In this document: one piece after another, positions 32,774-35,224 of the stretch
How positions within the stretch are numbered: the first letter of the stretch is position 1
How the letters are laid out: the number at the start of each line of letters is the position of its first letter
NCBI GenBank assembly: GCA_964422215.1
Contig: CAYRAK010000002.1
Span: 1 to 35,224 of the forward strand
DNA: 35,224 nt
Reading direction: 5' to 3'
Source: an uncultured Clostridia bacterium
GTDB taxonomy: Bacteria > Aerophobota > Aerophobia > Aerophobales > B3-G15
Notes under the pieces: model-generated
Databases searched by the model: none
Told to the model about the DNA's origin: nothing
The model's input: the letters and a program-made list of their open reading frames with translations, nothing else
Made by a program: the position numbers and the translations under genes

Positions 32774-34768
32774 ATGATGATTTTCAAAAAATCCAGAAAT
32801 AAACTAATAGCTCAGGAAAATGGTGAAATTATTTGGATTGAGCCTTTTGGCAAAGATTGCTTGCGCTTTAGGTCTACAAGGAATAAAGAAATTATCGAAG
32901 AAAATTGGACACTGTTACCCCAGCCTGAAATTCAAGCCCAAATCGAGATTAAACCAGAGAAGGCTACGATAAAAAATGGTAAAATCATGGCAGAGATATT
33001 AACTGATGGAACAGTTAGATATCTTACAGCAGATAATGAAAAAATTTTGTTAGAGGAACTTTGGATTGACAAAAGGGTTAACAATGCAAATCTCTTAAAA
33101 GCAAGAAATTATAAAGCTGTAAGCAGTGATTTGTATCGAATCTCTTTATATTTCAAGGCCTATGAAGATGAACATTTTTATGGCATGGGACAATATGCAA
33201 ATGGACATCTTGATTTGAAAGGCTGCGTATTGGAACTCGCACAGAAAAATACACAGATTAGTATTCCATTTTTAATTTCAACTAGAAATTATGGATTCAT
33301 CTGGAATAATCCAGCGATTGGAAGAGCAGAACTTGTTAAAAACCACACAATGTGGTATGCAGAAGCAACTAGACAGATAGATTATCTAATACTTTACGGG
33401 GAAACACCAGAGCAGATTTTAAAAAAGTATACCAATTTAACAGGCAAGCCGCCTATTTTACCAGAATGGGCAGCCGGTTTCTGGCAGTGTAAACTCCGAT
33501 ACAGAACGCAGGAAGAACTTTTAGATGTAGCTCGAGAATACAAAAAAAGAAATTTACCTTTATCAGTAATTGTTATAGATTTTTTCCATTGGCCAATACA
33601 AGGAGAGTGGAAATTTGATCCAAAGTACTGGCCAAATCCAAAAGCAATGGTCGATGAGCTAAATAAAATGGGAGTAAAACTCATGGTGTCGATTTGGCCA
33701 ACGGTTGATATAAACTGCGAAAATTACTCCAAAATGTTACAAAAAGACCTACTTGTTAAGACAGAACGAGGTATTCCTATACTTCAAACATTCCGTGGAG
33801 CCACAACTTATTTTGATGCCACAAATCCGGAAGCAAGAAAATTCCTGTGGGAGAAAGTAAAAGAAAATTATTACAAGTATGGCATTAAAATGTTTTGGTT
33901 AGACGAAGCTGAACCTGAAATGACGGAATATGACTTCGATAATGTCCGATATCACCTGGGTAATGGTCTGGAAGTGAGTAATATTTACCCTTATTATTAT
34001 GCAAAAACTTTTTATGAGGGAATGAAAGCTGCTGATGAAAAAGAGATAGTAAACTTAATTCGCTGCGCCTGGCTTGGCAGCCAACGTTTTGGTGTAGTAG
34101 TTTGGTCCGGTGATATACCATCTACCTTTGATTCATTGAAAAACCAAATAAAAGCCGGTTTAAATATCTCATTGTGTGGTATTTTCTGGTGGACCACTGA
34201 TATTGGAGGATTCTTTGGTGGTGATCCAAACGATCCGAAATTTAGAGAGTTAATCATTCGCTGGTTCCAATTTGGAGTGTTTTGCCCAATTTTCAGGCTG
34301 CACGGATTCCGCCTTCCATATAGTGGTGATCCTTGGAAAAGTGATATTTATAATTTAACAGGTGGTCCCAACGAGGTATGGTCATTTGGTGAAGAAGCTT
34401 ATAAAATAATAAAAGATCTGCTTTTTTTAAGAGAAAGAATTAAACCTTATATATTGGAGCAGATGAAAAAAGCACACGAAGAAGGAATACCAGTAATAAG
34501 ACCACTTTTCTTTGATTTCCCGAACGATAAAACAACATACAATATAGATGATGAATACATGTTTGGACCTAGTATACTTGTAGCCCCTGTTGTAGATGAA
34601 GGAGCAAGGTCCAGAAAGGTTTATTTACCAGAAGGTGCAAAATGGACTAACGTTAATGATGATAAAACATATGAAGGTGGAAAGTGGATTGATTGCGAGG
34701 CACCGTTAGATGTAATTCCTGTATTTTTAAAAGATGATGCAAAGATACCCATAAAACAGCCCAAATAA
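32774..34768 (+). CDS. Glycoside hydrolase family 31 alpha-glycosidase (alpha-xylosidase/alpha-glucosidase-like); no signal peptide
   Basis: GH31 landmarks are present: FYGMGQ...NYGFIWNNPA, (P)EWAAGFWQCK.RY, and the nucleophile block KMFWLDEAEPE. There is also VVWSGDI, the acid/base block WTTDIGGF, and FGVFCPIFRLHG. GGAGG (32764-32768) lies 5 nt before the ATG at 32774. The track's TTG at 32762 is rejected. Confidence 0.9.
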   Translation: MMIFKKSRNKLIAQENGEIIWIEPFGKDCLRFRSTRNKEIIEENWTLLPQPEIQAQIEIKPEKATIKNGKIMAEILTDGTVRYLTADNEKILLEELWIDKRVNNANLLKARNYKAVSSDLYRISLYFKAYEDEHFYGMGQYANGHLDLKGCVLELAQKNTQISIPFLISTRNYGFIWNNPAIGRAELVKNHTMWYAEATRQIDYLILYGETPEQILKKYTNLTGKPPILPEWAAGFWQCKLRYRTQEELLDVAREYKKRNLPLSVIVIDFFHWPIQGEWKFDPKYWPNPKAMVDELNKMGVKLMVSIWPTVDINCENYSKMLQKDLLVKTERGIPILQTFRGATTYFDATNPEARKFLWEKVKENYYKYGIKMFWLDEAEPEMTEYDFDNVRYHLGNGLEVSNIYPYYYAKTFYEGMKAADEKEIVNLIRCAWLGSQRFGVVVWSGDIPSTFDSLKNQIKAGLNISLCGIFWWTTDIGGFFGGDPNDPKFRELIIRWFQFGVFCPIFRLHGFRLPYSGDPWKSDIYNLTGGPNEVWSFGEEAYKIIKDLLFLRERIKPYILEQMKKAHEEGIPVIRPLFFDFPNDKTTYNIDDEYMFGPSILVAPVVDEGARSRKVYLPEGAKWTNVNDDKTYEGGKWIDCEAPLDVIPVFLKDDAKIPIKQPK

Positions 34769-34770
34769 CA

Positions 34771-35178
34771 TTACCATATAAAAGGTCTTATAATAGAAAA
34801 TATATATTCGGCAATTAAAATTAATAACAGTACTGTGTAAACTTTTCCAGACTTTGGAAGTATAAAAATAATACTAACAAGAGGTGTAAGAGAGAGCAGA
34901 GAAATTCCTATCATAGCAAAAGAATCTGTGTGATTAAGGTTAAAAAGGAACCATGAATAGTCATTTATCTTAATGTTTTTTATATCTTTCCAAAATTGAC
35001 CTGCAGGTTTTTCCCAGTGTTTAACTACAGAAGAGGTATCTAAATAAGGATTTATACCTGCAAGATACATAACACCGCATATTATTAAAATTACCAAGCC
35101 TATTAAAGTGCATATTTTCATTATTTTAGAGAACATAAAATCAGTAGAATCGACTTCTACCTCCTTTATTTTAGACAT
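34771..35178 (-). CDS. Small integral membrane protein (about three TM segments), function unknown
   Basis: AAGGAG lies upstream of the ATG at 35178. Hydrophobic segments are ICTLIGLVILIICGVMYLAGI, FAMIGISLLSLTPLVSIIFIL and VYTVLLLILIAEYIFSII. It vaguely resembles DUF1634, but I cannot support that call. Confidence 0.5.
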   Translation of the reverse strand: MSKIKEVEVDSTDFMFSKIMKICTLIGLVILIICGVMYLAGINPYLDTSSVVKHWEKPAGQFWKDIKNIKINDYSWFLFNLNHTDSFAMIGISLLSLTPLVSIIFILPKSGKVYTVLLLILIAEYIFSIIRPFIW

Positions 35179-35224
35179 AAATTTCTCCTTTACTTAGAAA
35201 ATACCAAGACCTCTAAGACCTTTT

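Noticed and set aside
1038-34768. Sulfoglycolysis (sulfo-EMP) pathway idea linking the PfkB kinase (1038-2015) with the GH31 enzyme (32774-34768)
   Set aside because: The two genes are more than 30 kb apart in unrelated transcription units. No aldolase, sulfolactaldehyde reductase or SQ isomerase/mutarotase candidates are recognisable, so there is no support from the sequence.
1-35224. Search by eye for CRISPR arrays, tRNA/rRNA genes, IS elements/transposases/integrases, long direct repeats or prophage genes
   Set aside because: None were found. Intergenic regions are short. The longer ones (6678-7072, 18834-19214, 30772-31162, 31541-31710, 32506-32773) contain no cloverleaf-like or array-like structure. 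A computational scan (tRNAscan-SE, Infernal/Rfam, ISfinder) is still needed to exclude small ncRNAs.

Overview
This is an AT-rich, tightly packed bacterial chromosomal segment with about 27 protein genes. By eye I found no rRNA, tRNA, CRISPR array, integrase or transposase. All family assignments come from motif recognition only; no searches were run.

Layout, left to right:
- 2-289: the 3' end of a DUF4139-like gene.
- 313-972: a family-4 uracil-DNA glycosylase.
- 1038-4238: a small polyol/sugar module with a PfkB kinase, a Zn-dependent alcohol dehydrogenase and mtlD.
- 4401-6677: a 3xPAS-GAF-HD-GYP signalling protein.
- 7073-12869: an envelope module. It has a DUF3108-like protein convergent with a translationally coupled operon of a giant YbgF-type TPR protein and a 773-aa outer-membrane beta-barrel.
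- 13104-16514: dnaE.
- 16528-30049: the accessory-looking part, a minus-strand catabolic locus. It encodes a sugar ABC importer (binding protein plus two permeases; no ATPase in the window) and three leaderless sulfatase-fold proteins. It also has a plus-strand radical-SAM/SPASM anaerobic sulfatase maturase, a URO-D-family protein, a 5-bladed-propeller-like protein, an FGGY (xylulokinase-like) kinase and a TIM-barrel isomerase.
- 30137-35178: vapBC, an orphan 125-aa ORF, a DUF374 protein, a leaderless GH31 glycosidase and a small membrane protein.

The OM barrel with terminal Phe, the periplasmic binding protein with a signal peptide, the Tol-Pal-like TPR protein and the anSME suggest an anaerobic diderm, possibly an uncultivated lineage. 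That is inference.

The most unusual observation concerns two of the three sulfatase-fold paralogs, the ones flanking the maturase gene. Both carry Thr at the exact position of the formylglycine-precursor Cys/Ser, while the third paralog has a canonical CSPSR. Several sigma70-like promoters (TTGACA-N16/17-TAnnAT) can be read directly and support start-codon corrections. A 12-bp inverted repeat brackets the divergent sulfatase/anSME promoter region.
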